A stretch of DNA of 63,772 bases, the filler included, from Stramenopiles sp. TOSAG23-2 (Eukaryota): NCBI GenBank assembly GCA_900128395.1. It is 9 parts of 9 records of this genome, joined end to end, with 100 filler letters (N's around TTAATTAATTAA, not from the genome) between each part and the next. Parts side by side here need not be neighbours in the genome. Positions count along the whole stretch, not along the records: positions 11,558 to 22,978 come from LT649935.1; positions 23,079 to 34,497 come from LT649936.1; 7 more parts are not named here. The stretch is one strand, 5' to 3'. Of the stretch, positions 20,101 to 30,051 are shown piece by piece (position 1 is the first letter of the stretch; the number at the start of each line of letters is the position of its first letter). Position numbers and translations under genes: made by a program. The notes below the pieces were generated by a model. The model was not told where the DNA came from. It was given only the letters and a program-made list of their open reading frames with translations, and did no database searches.

Positions 20101-22251
20101 ATTGGCGTATCTTTGAGTTCTTTATCCCCAAAAAACATTTTAAGTCGTACCAATTGGACGACTAAATGGAAAAAGCGCGAGATATCTAACTTTGAATACT
20201 TAATGAAAATCAATACCATTGCAGGCCGTACATACAATGATTTGACCCAGTATCCTGTCTTCCCATGGATTATCAGGGATTATGAAAGCAATGCTTTAAA
20301 TTTAAGTGATGCTAGTATTTTTCGTGATTTAAAGAAACCAATTGGTGCTCTTAACCCCGTGCGATTAAATGAGTTTATTTCACGTTATGAACAATTGAAA
20401 GAAGATCCTGGTATGATAACACCATTCATGTATGGGACACATTATTCTAATTTAGGATCCGTGCTTTATTATCTAATTCGTTTAGAACCATTTACCAAAT
20501 ATTCTCGAGATCTGCAAGGGGGCAAATTAGATCATGCAGAAAGGTTGTTTCATTCAATTTCGGAAACATGGGGTAACGTTCTAAATAACCCAAATGATTT
20601 AAAAGAATTGATACCTGAATTTTTTTATCTAGCAGAAATGTTTGAAAATGTCAATAAGGTTGACCTTGGAAATAGACAAGATGGTACAAGGTTGGGGCAT
20701 GTCAAACTTCCTCCTTGGGCTAAAACCCCAGAAGATTTTGTTCGAATTAATCGGGAAGCTCTTGAATCTGAATACGTGTCTTCAAATTTGCATAATTGGA
20801 TAGACTTGATATTTGGATACAAGCAAACAGGTGATGAAGCCTCTAATGCATTCAACGTATTTTACCATTTAACTTACGAAGGTGCAGTTGATGTGGATGC
20901 AATACAAGATCCGATCCAGCGTAGATCTGTTGAGACACAAATTGCTAATTTTGGTCAGATGCCTTCACAAATTTTTTCACGTCCACACCCAATGAGGATA
21001 TCGCTAAAAGAATCTTTACAATCGTCTGATGGAGTTGTTATTGGTTTGTACCAAGTTGTTCAAGGGCCAGTATCAGTAATCTTATTGTCTCCGGAGAAGG
21101 ATGAAGTTATAGCAATAAATGATACCGGCTATGCAACTACACTTGAGTTTTTACAAGAGAAGCCTTCTTTCATCAATGGTAAAAACTTCCCATACACGTT
21201 TACGTTGAGTAATAGCCAAACGTTTCGTCCATTGGGTGACTTCCCGCCCCCTCGATCGAAACGTGTGATTCTTGGCCCAAAGGGACGTTCCGTAATAAGT
21301 GGTGGATTTTTTGACTGGACAATTAAAGTTACCAATTTAAATTATAAACCTTCTTCTGTTACAGCAGTGAACAATAGTCTTCCTATAATACAAAGTATTT
21401 ATCATCATAGAAGCCATGTCACATGTCTTTCTTCTGATATTCTTTCGAAACCTAGAAAAAGTGATGAAGATGGAGATGCATATGTTGTTGCTGGAAGCAA
21501 CGATGGCACTATTACGATTTGGGAGTTCATGACACCTAAAAGTCATGATGGAAAATTTGATGTGCTTACAAAATTATCCAATAACTTCAGTGTTATCGAT
21601 GATGTTTCTGGACCCCTGCAATGGATTCATGGTCATAGAGCCAAAGTTACATGCGTTGCACTACAAGTAGATCTTGGTATTGTAATCTCTGGTACATCAA
21701 ATGGTATCTGCTTAATGCATGATGTTTGGAGCGGTGATTTTTTGCGGTCCTTAAACGTCATACAATGGGAAGAAGGCTGGGGTGAAAATGAAGAACAAAC
21801 AGAAAAACGAAATACTAGTAGAAATCTGGAAATTTCTAGTATAATAACGGGCCTGTCGATTAGTAAAACTGGCAAAATTGTCATTGCAACTGAATCGTGT
21901 GTTCATATATTTAGATTAAATGGTGTACACATTTGTGGGAAGCAATTTAATGAGAAGATTCTATTTACTCATATTTCGGCTGATTCCAGATTTATTATCG
22001 TTATAACGCAATTTTTGGCAACAGGATTTTGGATGCATAATTTTGATATTTTACAAACGTTTTGTCTTGTAGATAAAAGCATGGGTGAACACATTGTAGA
22101 AAGTGCCGCCGGTACTATTCTTGTCAACAGTAATATAACGTCTAGTGCTTTGTCAAATGAGGGGAAAGCGCTTTTCGTAGGCTTACAAAATGGCAGTATA
22201 TTGTGTGTCAATTGCAAATTGAATTGGAACAGAATGGCATCGAAAGTATGA
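14101..22251 (+). CDS. BEACH-domain protein (neurobeachin/LRBA-like: ConA-like, helical region, PH with inserted FYVE, BEACH, WD40)
   Basis: BEACH motifs ISNFEYLMKINTIAGRTYNDLTQYPVFPW, ELIPEFFY and WIDLIFGYKQ. FYVE WIDD..CFCC..KHHCRCCG..C..C..RVCEKC. C-terminal WD repeats. Single 2,716-aa ORF. Confidence 0.95.
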   Translation: MAATWGMKNDKLTSLHNQNADNIINNLLLFNENDEIKVVKSLLDTLVEGKFDLWTNCIIKSPTHIHIIIFGLLPRLKMDLQIHLLDTFINIVERHVRNAEICRKYKLTHHIITMLLSKEKFVKDMLEKLEKRFIRLLEAIGKHSITTFDLFHYFRPFSHQNGSQVSDVIIDTMLGTAMSTQQNRPPPCVDMDSGGSIRNVKNANDNHLNETRKSTGKSTAALAAAKAFDQDNFDSFLTTSTPNEDTSNSNKNNNYSNYNNHNNNRKSHVNIHLEKVKAIASKLNIISQNGIVILPNIRSWPSSGYTICLFLRPEGVVDRVSDPLFIFRGKEGHGVSAYIVGRHLLLKTMNGKGNDVEVLVENIIDARRWRWLCITHVSRALWRSKISVFIDGQNVFSKRQSYPVAASMTPLNAYIGGFQGQMGPILVFNTAISDAQVQNLFHLASNPRFSVGPPPKHWRRGFFHIVSIPSPSPSFLASSPNKKINAGNNSPKLLPRRNKTGIDEGEVLWKSIYDKIIFAYDPRHRVRHRGENDTVIQLLDLSCNGYNGTLLSPDQGTRLISTNFLLQDAVACGGGAFCLFLPLLLPAVQSGNDFNWPLHVVDHVKCVTPSRFVRIVRLLSALLRNSDTNLVQLSISNGVNILSWILKNSDTNMITLDLWSAINELTNVVIHGPDHAMASDAVSRLMFNLQIWSLATFEIQSQILSALQSKLSLASYVLRSSLVQSFLDSLKLIYKLRPAMTNRNSSHSTDTHGISDSQYCSQACKGFSRDELFAMRRGVLTLIETLVTEDEDRNLNVLYDHIVILLSSVRDRKVVVNSKDILELLVNLMARSERLPNTLRCLVYAAAGQCFVMLLGSNDEHVRKYGLKLTHLLFAQRRLYNLKQLVKNKDSGNSNNPLQQDQEEDNEFSQLRRQKGMVAVGSGNDYGYQGKLSELVAAEMKYNLLQNPYTISTHIGLMEFLCSSKLENHLVKNGKQYVSSLQSEHIHEETSLVLDIILELTMKSDTSSKMKLIVLRDLCILVRANKRNRELIRQNPLYLKKIISLLYGAYHFVAEDNTVENGQKLNKNRTISDQTKKSFIKALLSPTQSVQSIALWMDKLGTMQPEEAWDVISEILRKAGSKLQSIKVHVYEIMVNFVTEQLPSKVPNLIYEFIMSIMVEIIGYNWISLEHLLVSLKQTSEDYNKDLAKNIDSPEKKNLNVGKTYFKTIFSGEEAVKTFFRQIILRVLKRTYNLAKHKLIVPERLPKDGALRWDGASKAAKTWNDVILLLHSTTDFVLGDTWGNARSVETNADDVELISATLLLWGALAGDLGSKPGSGVDEIPDEGSHNAKTDKTYPCTISGIIRPLFPNVVQRLLQLVFHMLQIDCQGIEALGASKEAFRFQQSAVHIASILQRLLHMINVLDHGVKSEEENEDNALTETRERNQKVLLWMIPILHSLILRVRGIEISISNEDPIVLFRQKMVEIIGDVITSAEEILRRKGGDKLFESLVDSPLSSANLDTRLSEWEMYLCNPMFLNTKMKFEETIGTYRKQLNNYQTELLRIYKTLELENELINDDAMERMANGEWKKILSQHENDDLHRLRNKAKFEAWKDHSAKRQSFKILNSLALSHNPWTWRETDLNDSIVHKNQALTRCQSLNASENKFRMRVRIDELTEVKDLLTTMTALSENKIMSESAETIDDIDDGLHALKSRSSLDENFTSSEFREDDDGENDPKRNLSANDTTLVQNSELSIDAHIPEAKILEENDDKSKTEKVLEAAEIAFGQSSWQKGKNEKITFGTIAELILPMCVVKGRVELSSEALYFYGEGFGGAGQDTSSKQIDAKALLRERWIDDDSSNKCFCCQTEIKSGIISSGKHHCRCCGGIFCAECTKHECVLPSLGFHEPVRVCEKCFEREQKKRGGEGVLSIVAQHYSRVLESATTSTLESLKTRRILLNDIIDIRAQRYLLRPCALEIVANERRTAYLFNFVRGKTDTERFFQKLMSHKPLQLASFGLFGIGVSLSSLSPKNILSRTNWTTKWKKREISNFEYLMKINTIAGRTYNDLTQYPVFPWIIRDYESNALNLSDASIFRDLKKPIGALNPVRLNEFISRYEQLKEDPGMITPFMYGTHYSNLGSVLYYLIRLEPFTKYSRDLQGGKLDHAERLFHSISETWGNVLNNPNDLKELIPEFFYLAEMFENVNKVDLGNRQDGTRLGHVKLPPWAKTPEDFVRINREALESEYVSSNLHNWIDLIFGYKQTGDEASNAFNVFYHLTYEGAVDVDAIQDPIQRRSVETQIANFGQMPSQIFSRPHPMRISLKESLQSSDGVVIGLYQVVQGPVSVILLSPEKDEVIAINDTGYATTLEFLQEKPSFINGKNFPYTFTLSNSQTFRPLGDFPPPRSKRVILGPKGRSVISGGFFDWTIKVTNLNYKPSSVTAVNNSLPIIQSIYHHRSHVTCLSSDILSKPRKSDEDGDAYVVAGSNDGTITIWEFMTPKSHDGKFDVLTKLSNNFSVIDDVSGPLQWIHGHRAKVTCVALQVDLGIVISGTSNGICLMHDVWSGDFLRSLNVIQWEEGWGENEEQTEKRNTSRNLEISSIITGLSISKTGKIVIATESCVHIFRLNGVHICGKQFNEKILFTHISADSRFIIVITQFLATGFWMHNFDILQTFCLVDKSMGEHIVESAAGTILVNSNITSSALSNEGKALFVGLQNGSILCVNCKLNWNRMASKV

Positions 22252-22978
22252 GAGAATAAAAGGGTATGATGATATGATAAGAGAGGAGTAGAGGGCTTAT
22301 AGCTTATATAGCGTGGTTAAAATATACGCGAAGTTTGTATGATCATACTTCGTATTTCGTATATTGATATTCGTATTTAAATATAATTTAAAGTTTACGC
22401 AGAAGTTATTTACTAAAATTATAAATTAAAAAATGTGCGTATATATTAACTTATTTTTTAATTTTCGTATGAATGATGGTTAAAATCTAAGTTAAATAAT
22501 AATTTTAGTTCTCGTGGTAAATACTATTTTTCGTATATATATATTATACCTTTATATTATCGTATATAATAAGGGAGTAAAAGAAATTTATACGTATTTT
22601 AAATAATATATGAGTAAGAGAACATTTTATAATATATATAAGAATGCGCAACAGAATGAGATTCATCATGTGAATACTGTATGCTGCAAAAAACTATTAT
22701 CCAAAGAGGATATCATTCAAAATCATAGTCACCGGGCGATCACTTTCCAATTTAACCAGGCTAGGGACGATGACGTATACAATGATAAATCAACTTTGAA
22801 AACAGTTCCTTTTGTAGTACACACTTCAGATGGGAAGAATTTACCTCCACACGTGCAGACTAACCAACAAAACATCAGGGAGCAAAAACCCAAGATTTAT
22901 CACTTGTCAACGTTACTAACTCAATAATTTTGTGCATTGCAACCACAACCTATTGTCACCCAAGACAATGGTTGCTAT

Positions 22979-23078
22979 NNNNNNNNNNNNNNNNNNNNNN
23001 NNNNNNNNNNNNNNNNNNNNNNTTAATTAATTAANNNNNNNNNNNNNNNNNNNNNNNNNNNNNNNNNNNNNNNNNNNN
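22979..23078. other. Artificial contig linker
   Basis: N44-TTAATTAATTAA-N44. Confidence 0.98.
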
Positions 23079-23211
23079 AAAACGTTTGAAATGGTTGTTG
23101 GTTGTACTTCATATTCTTTTATTCTTTCTTTGTTTTTTTTAATCAAAAGCAACAATGGACTAACATTTAATATTGAATGTTTAATATATTGATTGTTAAT
23201 CCTATATGCAG

Positions 23212-26028
23212 GGCGGTGGAATATATGTTGACATTCAATTGGCTGAATTAGTACTCTTCCATTGTGTATTTCAAGGCAATACTGGTAAGAATGGTGGTGC
23301 CCTTTACATTAAAAGTTGGAACGCAAGAAAAAAAACATTATCTATTTTTAACACATCGTTTGTTCAAGCTTCAGATACAATAGTATTTGATGCCACGCCA
23401 GTTGTACCGTGTGTATCTCCATCAGGTTGTATATCAGGGCAAGGAGGCTTTGTTTCAAGTTACAACTCCGCTGCATGTAGTCAGTTGACATGTGGCGATT
23501 GTCCAAAAGGAATGCATCGGGCATCGACTACTAGTAATGACTGCTTAACTTGCACCGTCGGAAAATTTACAGAGCAATCTGGGCAACTGTTATGCAAAGA
23601 TTGTAGTGCTGGCATGTATAATTTAAAAATCGGGGCATCCATCTGTAAAAATTGTGAAAAAGGTAAATATTGCACTGGTGGAGCGGCGGTTTATAAAGCT
23701 TGTGAGCTAGGTTCGTACCAAGATCAAACAGGCAAAGCCAAATGTAAAGTCTGCCCAGGCGGACGCTACCAGCAATCAACGAAGACAGGACAAACTGATG
23801 TATCTGTCTGTTATTTTTGTGTCCCAGGTACATATTTACCTGAATCAAATCAATCTAGTAGTCATACAAGTAGTAACCAATGCCTTCTTTGTAAAAAAGG
23901 AATGTATGGCCCAGTTAGCGGTTCAAGCGAGTGCACCAAATGCGATATTGGAAAATACTTCTATGCAACAAAGCCTGGCCAAATTAAGGAATCTGAAGCA
24001 TGTAAAAAATGTGCCGGTAATACATACACGGATGATGATGGGCAATTAAAATGTAAGATGTGTCCGCAAAACAAACCTGCAAATGAGGGCCACACAGGAT
24101 GCAAAGGAGGAGGCTCAAATTTATATGCCGCACCAACAAACATACATGTTTACCCAAACCCAACTGATCCATATCATTTAAATATTGAATGGAAACCTCC
24201 TGTTGGTAAAAATTTAACTTTAACAAATAAATTTATCACAGTGAATCCAGTTGATAGTATAACTACAAAGATAGACAACGGTGGCATAGCAAAAGTGTCA
24301 GCGTATTTAAATGAAACGAGCACTGGTAGTTTATCGTATCGTGTTGCCGATCGTGTGTATCAAATAGAACTATATATTGAAGATGGATCCGGCAACCGTA
24401 TAAGTGAAAAAGCAGAATTTCGTATACCATGGCAAACAACAGAGAGTTGCAGAAGTAGTAGCTTATATTTAAACACAAATTCGAAAACATTGGTAAATTG
24501 GCAATGCAAAGCATGTCCATTGCATGCCTCATGCGAAGGTTTAATAACTTCATCCGATATCAAAGCAAAGTTTGGCAATTGGAGGGATACAGAGGATAAT
24601 AAATTTTACAATTGTTTACGCCCACAATCGTGTCTTGGTGCACCAAACGATGCGTTAGTATCACGTTTTCCTATTGAAGCCTCCGTGAAGAATTCAACTG
24701 AAGGTTGTGCAAAACATTTTAAAGGCCGTTTATGTGCATCATGTAAGAAAGGTTTTGCTCGTAGTAAAAAACGCGGTTCATGTTCAAGATGCAAAGAACC
24801 AGACAATATATTGTTGTTTATCGGTGCTGGCGTAGTTGGATTAATTGGCACATGCATTTTAATTCGCATTACGGTATTTAAACCACGGGAAGTACATTTT
24901 TCCGATGGTGTCAAAAAGATATTCCTTTCGTATCTACAGTTGGCTTCACTAGCATCTGCTGCTAACGTACCGTGGACAGAAACGTTTCGTCAATTGTTTG
25001 CCATTCAAAAAATATCAACAAGTATTGCTGATGCATTTTTATCACTTGATTGTGTCTTAGAATATACGCCGACATGGAACGTTTTTTTAATAAAGTTGTT
25101 TGGGGTGTTACTTTTACCAATCTTAATGTTACCTGTAGCGTATGTTGGAATACGATTTTGCTGTAAACGGTTCCGTCAGGATGATAGTAATTGGACAGAT
25201 CAATTCATAGCAACGTTAGTATTGTTATGGTATTTAGCATTTCCATCAATTGTACAAAAGTTAACAATGTTGATAACGTGTACAGGGAAAATAAATAATA
25301 AACAATACCTTGTTGTTGATCCAGAAATTGTTTGTTGGGAAGGTGTACATCTTCAAATTGCATCCGTATTCGGTGTAGTTGGATTAATAATGTATGTCAT
25401 CGGTTTACCATTTTTGGGGTTGTACATATTAAAAAATACTGATCGTTCAACGCCAAGTGCACAGTTAAGATATGGCATCCTTTACGATGGATACTCCAAG
25501 AAGTTTTGGTACTGGGAAATAACTGTGGTACTACGTAAACTTGCCATTATATTGATTGGCGAATTTTTAGATGGACAAAATCAGATTTTATCAATGTTGT
25601 TGGTATTATTTATTGTTATATATATTACAGCAACTTGCCAACCGTTTGAGAATGTGGAATTGCTTCGTTTAGAACTAGCATCGTTGGCCGTATGTTTCAT
25701 CACCTTTTGGATAGGTAGTTTGTTTTTAGAAGAAAGTGCAACGTGTCGTGATGGGTCAGTTTTTGTTTGTCAAGCTGGTGCAATTATAGTATTACTTTTG
25801 AATGTTGTTGCTGCAATATATTTAGGCGGTACATATGTTCAAGAGAAAGTAAAAGAAAAGAAGGAATTGATGATGAATTTTTTTCGTAGCAGTAAGCTTT
25901 TCTCTTGTTGTTGTAAAGGAGAGAGTGAACCACCAATTCGTAGAGAATCCTTGTATGAGATGGTGGAAGACGATGGAGGTGGTTTTGGACAAATTAATGT
26001 GGGAGATGATACATACCATGAGCTTTAG
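23212..26028 (+). CDS. Terminal exon of a large cell-surface membrane protein (ephrin-receptor-like/GCC2-GCC3 Cys repeats, FN3-like domain, multi-pass TM C-terminus)
   Basis: Repeated CxxCxxGxY units, APTNIHVYP...IEWKPP, and a hydrophobic C-terminus with YGILYDGY..WYWEITVVLRKL. Preceded by a branch-like GACTAAC (23158-23164) and a CAG acceptor (23209-23211), so the ORF-track ATG is probably intronic. Confidence 0.85.
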   Translation, partial: GGGIYVDIQLAELVLFHCVFQGNTGKNGGALYIKSWNARKKTLSIFNTSFVQASDTIVFDATPVVPCVSPSGCISGQGGFVSSYNSAACSQLTCGDCPKGMHRASTTSNDCLTCTVGKFTEQSGQLLCKDCSAGMYNLKIGASICKNCEKGKYCTGGAAVYKACELGSYQDQTGKAKCKVCPGGRYQQSTKTGQTDVSVCYFCVPGTYLPESNQSSSHTSSNQCLLCKKGMYGPVSGSSECTKCDIGKYFYATKPGQIKESEACKKCAGNTYTDDDGQLKCKMCPQNKPANEGHTGCKGGGSNLYAAPTNIHVYPNPTDPYHLNIEWKPPVGKNLTLTNKFITVNPVDSITTKIDNGGIAKVSAYLNETSTGSLSYRVADRVYQIELYIEDGSGNRISEKAEFRIPWQTTESCRSSSLYLNTNSKTLVNWQCKACPLHASCEGLITSSDIKAKFGNWRDTEDNKFYNCLRPQSCLGAPNDALVSRFPIEASVKNSTEGCAKHFKGRLCASCKKGFARSKKRGSCSRCKEPDNILLFIGAGVVGLIGTCILIRITVFKPREVHFSDGVKKIFLSYLQLASLASAANVPWTETFRQLFAIQKISTSIADAFLSLDCVLEYTPTWNVFLIKLFGVLLLPILMLPVAYVGIRFCCKRFRQDDSNWTDQFIATLVLLWYLAFPSIVQKLTMLITCTGKINNKQYLVVDPEIVCWEGVHLQIASVFGVVGLIMYVIGLPFLGLYILKNTDRSTPSAQLRYGILYDGYSKKFWYWEITVVLRKLAIILIGEFLDGQNQILSMLLVLFIVIYITATCQPFENVELLRLELASLAVCFITFWIGSLFLEESATCRDGSVFVCQAGAIIVLLLNVVAAIYLGGTYVQEKVKEKKELMMNFFRSSKLFSCCCKGESEPPIRRESLYEMVEDDGGGFGQINVGDDTYHEL

Positions 26029-26469
26029 AGCAGCAGTCCCTTAATATAGTTCGTAGAGAGAGTTTTAAATGATATATATATACAAAAACTTTTATTTAAC
26101 AAGATGCCCATCATCAACTATTAAAATATTAGCATGGGAATATGATAGCATTCACTTTAACCTTATTATTAATATTTATTTTTTTCCATTCCCTATCCCG
26201 TCCATCCAGAATGACATGAAAATAAATCGGAAGAAGAATAATTATTAATTTAGAATAAAAAACAACATATAAAACATAATTTATATTTATAAAATGATAG
26301 AAAGCACCAGCACCAACATAAAATTTCAATATATACAACGTATAAAAGATTTTATAATTTCGTTTGCGGAATATTATTTACTCAATATTTCTTATTTTAC
26401 GTATGTAGAAAATAATTATTAACACAATATTATATTCAAATACAATATAATTATTATTACGTATATAAA

Positions 26470-27426
26470 ATGAATAATCAATCACCATTTATTACAATAA
26501 TAATTTTAATAATAATAATAATATTTAATACAATCAATCATATCCATGCAAATAATAATATTAATAATAATGATCAAATAATAAATGCGATGAATATGAA
26601 ATGGGGGAAAGTGCCAGGTGGTGAATTTTATATCGGAACAAATAAACCAGAAATACCATTAGATGATGAAAGTCCAGAAAGAAAAGCTACTGTGGAACCA
26701 TTTGAAATGATGATATATGAAGCAAGTAATGAAAATTATTGGGCATTTGCCAATGCAACTGGATATGTATCGGACAGTGAACAATTTAAATGGTCTTTTG
26801 TTTTTGAAAATATGTTGCCAGCACGTATAAAAGATGAAATTACACAAAGTGCAGCGGCTGCCCCATGGTGGTTACCAGTACCCGATGCAACCTGGCGCGC
26901 ACCTGAAGGGGAAGGATCTAACATTTTAAAACGTTTAAACCATCCTGTTGTACATGTATCTTGGAATGATGCACAAGAATTTTGTAAATTTATTGGTGGT
27001 CGTTTGCCTACTGAAATTGAATGGGAACGAGCTGCTCGTGGAGGAAAACGTGGACGTATGTATCCGTGGGGCAATAAATTAATGCCAAGGGGTAAACATA
27101 GATGTAATATATGGCATGGAGATTTTCCAAAAAAAAATACGGAAGATGATGGCTACATGTGGTCTGCACCAATAGATGCATTTGGCCCTCAAAATAAATA
27201 TGGATTTTATAATATAGTAGGAAATGTATGGGAATGGGTGGAAGATGATTGGATACCAAATCATGGAAAAAAACAACAAGGTATGACATATGATAAATGT
27301 AAAAAAGGTGGATCATATATGTGCCATAAATCGTATTGTTTTCGTTATCGTGTAGCTGCTCGTAGTCATAATAGTGCTGATAGTGCTGCAAGTAATTTAG
27401 GATTTCGATGTGCCAGAGATTTGTAA
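26470..27426 (+). CDS. SUMF1: Formylglycine-generating enzyme (sulfatase-modifying factor 1)
   Basis: Signal peptide; HPVVHVSWNDA, RLPTEIEWE, GNVWEW; catalytic SYMCHKSYCFRYR; NLGFRCA. Confidence 0.95.
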   Translation: MNNQSPFITIIILIIIIIFNTINHIHANNNINNNDQIINAMNMKWGKVPGGEFYIGTNKPEIPLDDESPERKATVEPFEMMIYEASNENYWAFANATGYVSDSEQFKWSFVFENMLPARIKDEITQSAAAAPWWLPVPDATWRAPEGEGSNILKRLNHPVVHVSWNDAQEFCKFIGGRLPTEIEWERAARGGKRGRMYPWGNKLMPRGKHRCNIWHGDFPKKNTEDDGYMWSAPIDAFGPQNKYGFYNIVGNVWEWVEDDWIPNHGKKQQGMTYDKCKKGGSYMCHKSYCFRYRVAARSHNSADSAASNLGFRCARDL

Positions 27427-27603
27427 AAAATATAGTAGGAGGAAGGGAGAGAGAGAAAAGGTGTTTATAAAAATAAATATTTTTGTAAAAAATCTGTTTT
27501 TTTATTGAACAAAGAATGTAATATTTTATTAAAATAAATGATGGTTATTACATTTTTAAAAATTTTATTAATTGCGTACTTCTCTCTCTCTCACTCCCTC
27601 ACT

Positions 27604-30051
27604 CTACACTTTCAACGGCTGTTTCAAACGAATACTTCGTAATGTAGCATCTTTACTCAATTCAAATTTAGCTTTATAACCATGTGGCATATCATATGAA
27701 CGAATTCCATCAAGTGTTAATGTTGTATCCCAACCTAACGATAATACAGTCATTGCATTGCACCATCCATGCCTACCTTCATATAATGGTTTATATAATT
27801 TGTTAACAACCGGTTCTCTAACTAAATATTGAATATATGGGGAATCAGAATCAAATGTATGGGCATCATTTAAATTATGTGAAATATTATAAATACTTCC
27901 TTTATCTATATCTAACATTCCAGCTTCATCAAGTACACGTTTCACAACTTCTGGATGTATCATAGCTGCATTGCTCATCCATGCCGTGGAACCAGTACCT
28001 GTACAAGCTAATAAGCCGGAACTTAGTTTTTTTTTATAATTTCCTTCATCTTCCCCATCTAAAAACAATGCATGTGATACAGGATGACTTGGATCACGTT
28101 CAGCAAAGAAAATTTCATTTAATGCATAATGATCTAAATCTTCAATGGCATCACCAAGTGGACTTATTAATGTTACTTTCAACCGTTTGTGCATTTTCCA
28201 ATGAAATGCTTGTTTCTTTAATACTAAATGTAATAACTTATCAAATGTACGTGTAGTATTATTCATTGTGTAGCAACATAAAGCACCTTTACTTCCTTTT
28301 CCATCTGTATTAATCCCAACCAGAGGTATATCTGGTGATTTTATTTGAGATGCTAATTTTAAAAATGTGCCATCACCACCGGCAGCTATCATACAATCAA
28401 ATTGATCCATTGTCGTTAAATCAAATTCATTATCTACATTACGTTCCGCACGTTTAACCGTGTATTGAATATTTCTCTGTTCCAATACATTTAACATATG
28501 TTCAATAGTTGCTTCATGTACAAAATGTCGTTCCTTTAATAATTCTACATTAAATCCTTGATCTTTCAATATATTATCCATTGTTTTTTCATCATCATTT
28601 TCATTATTATTTAATAATATTAATTTTTCGGTTAAACTTTGATATCTAGATTTTTTTAATAAAATACCAACATTTGATACAGAAATAATATTTTGATCAC
28701 CATAATCTTTATTGTTATTGTTATTATAGTAATCATCATCTTTTGGTGCTATTTTTCTTTCAACAATTTTTAAATCGTTATAATTATCTTCTTCTTTTGT
28801 TATTATATTTTTCTTATGATTATTATTGCTGACAAAATTATCTTTAATTTCACTATAACTTTGTTCTCTTATTAATTCATTCTCTGCATGTCTATCATCC
28901 GTAAATTGATCTAATTTATTTAAATCATCTTCCATATCTTTTTCTTTCTCAATATTATTATTATTATTATTATTATTACTTTCTAATGAAACACTTAATT
29001 TATCAATTGCATCAATACTATCATTATTATTTTTCATATGTTTAATATATTCATCATCCATTGTATTTACAAATTTTGGATGGTTTGGTATTAAACGTTT
29101 GACACGTCTAGATTCTTCCAATAAACTTTGAGTATTATATACATTACGTACAATTTTCGTATATTCTTCTTGTCCATTATTTTTATGCAAATTATTGCTT
29201 CGTGTATGATCCCATGGACATATCGAACGAAAATATTCAAAAGTTGGAAAAATTTCATCTGGATTATATGGATTACGTCTTGTATAATGTAATATTTGTC
29301 CATTATTAATTTGATCTTGTTTATCATTTGAATATCCTAATGACGTAAAACGACCTTGACTCATTCTTTCTAAACGTAATCGAAATGCCCACATGACTTC
29401 GCCATGACAAACAACTATTGCTTTTTCATCTGGACATTCACGATGAAGCATAGTTAAAAAACGATCAACTCTTTGTGCAACATTTGCTAAACTTTCTCCT
29501 CCAGGAGGACTCCAAAAAAATCGATCACGGTCCCTTCGTTTTAATTCATGGCTAAATTTTTTAATTCGTTCTTCTTGGGACATGAGATCCAATTGGCCCC
29601 AATCTCTTTCTCTTAAAAATACTTCAGCAAACCAATTGCATTCTTTTGGAAAATCCAATAATGCAGCTGTTTCCATAGCCCGTATGTATTCACTTGTATA
29701 ATGTCGGTTAAATGAATTAATATCAAAATTTTGCTTTATCCAACTGCCAGCTGCTCTAGATTGAGCACGTCCTTTATCTGTTAAACGCCATAACGATGAA
29801 TGACGTTTCAAAAATTCACCTTCGTATAATGAATGATCCCCAGATAAAGACAATTGCCTTGCAACATTCCCTTCTGATTCACCATGCCGAACTAATATTA
29901 AATCTAATACGCGTGCCTGGCGTGTTGTTCCATTATTATTATTACTACTAGTAGTAGTAGTATAAGCAGCAACCAACTTTTTATAATATGATGGTCTTAT
30001 AGAGGATGATGATTGTCTTGAAACATGATGCAGAAGAAATTGTTTCAACAT
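27604..30051 (-). CDS. Fusion of a histidine phosphatase (PGM-like) domain and an NADK2-type NAD kinase domain, with a putative mitochondrial presequence (815 aa)
   Basis: N-terminal LVRHGESEGN, RAMETA, LRERDWG, PPGGES, VVCHGEV. C-terminal AAGGDGTFLK, GINTD, ALNEIF, SSGLLACTGTGSTAW. Acid-free R/S-rich N-terminus from ATG 30051. Confidence 0.88.
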   Translation of the reverse strand: MLKQFLLHHVSRQSSSSIRPSYYKKLVAAYTTTTSSNNNNGTTRQARVLDLILVRHGESEGNVARQLSLSGDHSLYEGEFLKRHSSLWRLTDKGRAQSRAAGSWIKQNFDINSFNRHYTSEYIRAMETAALLDFPKECNWFAEVFLRERDWGQLDLMSQEERIKKFSHELKRRDRDRFFWSPPGGESLANVAQRVDRFLTMLHRECPDEKAIVVCHGEVMWAFRLRLERMSQGRFTSLGYSNDKQDQINNGQILHYTRRNPYNPDEIFPTFEYFRSICPWDHTRSNNLHKNNGQEEYTKIVRNVYNTQSLLEESRRVKRLIPNHPKFVNTMDDEYIKHMKNNNDSIDAIDKLSVSLESNNNNNNNNIEKEKDMEDDLNKLDQFTDDRHAENELIREQSYSEIKDNFVSNNNHKKNIITKEEDNYNDLKIVERKIAPKDDDYYNNNNNKDYGDQNIISVSNVGILLKKSRYQSLTEKLILLNNNENDDEKTMDNILKDQGFNVELLKERHFVHEATIEHMLNVLEQRNIQYTVKRAERNVDNEFDLTTMDQFDCMIAAGGDGTFLKLASQIKSPDIPLVGINTDGKGSKGALCCYTMNNTTRTFDKLLHLVLKKQAFHWKMHKRLKVTLISPLGDAIEDLDHYALNEIFFAERDPSHPVSHALFLDGEDEGNYKKKLSSGLLACTGTGSTAWMSNAAMIHPEVVKRVLDEAGMLDIDKGSIYNISHNLNDAHTFDSDSPYIQYLVREPVVNKLYKPLYEGRHGWCNAMTVLSLGWDTTLTLDGIRSYDMPHGYKAKFELSKDATLRSIRLKQPLKV

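Noticed and set aside
22610-22927. 105-aa ORF after the BEACH gene
   Set aside because: Its start lies inside the shared non-coding block, it has no motif, and it is near a contig end; at best a degraded fragment.
8375-27426. Sulfur-metabolism cluster (sulfotransferase, glutathione synthetase, SUMF1)
   Set aside because: The genes lie on three different contigs joined artificially.
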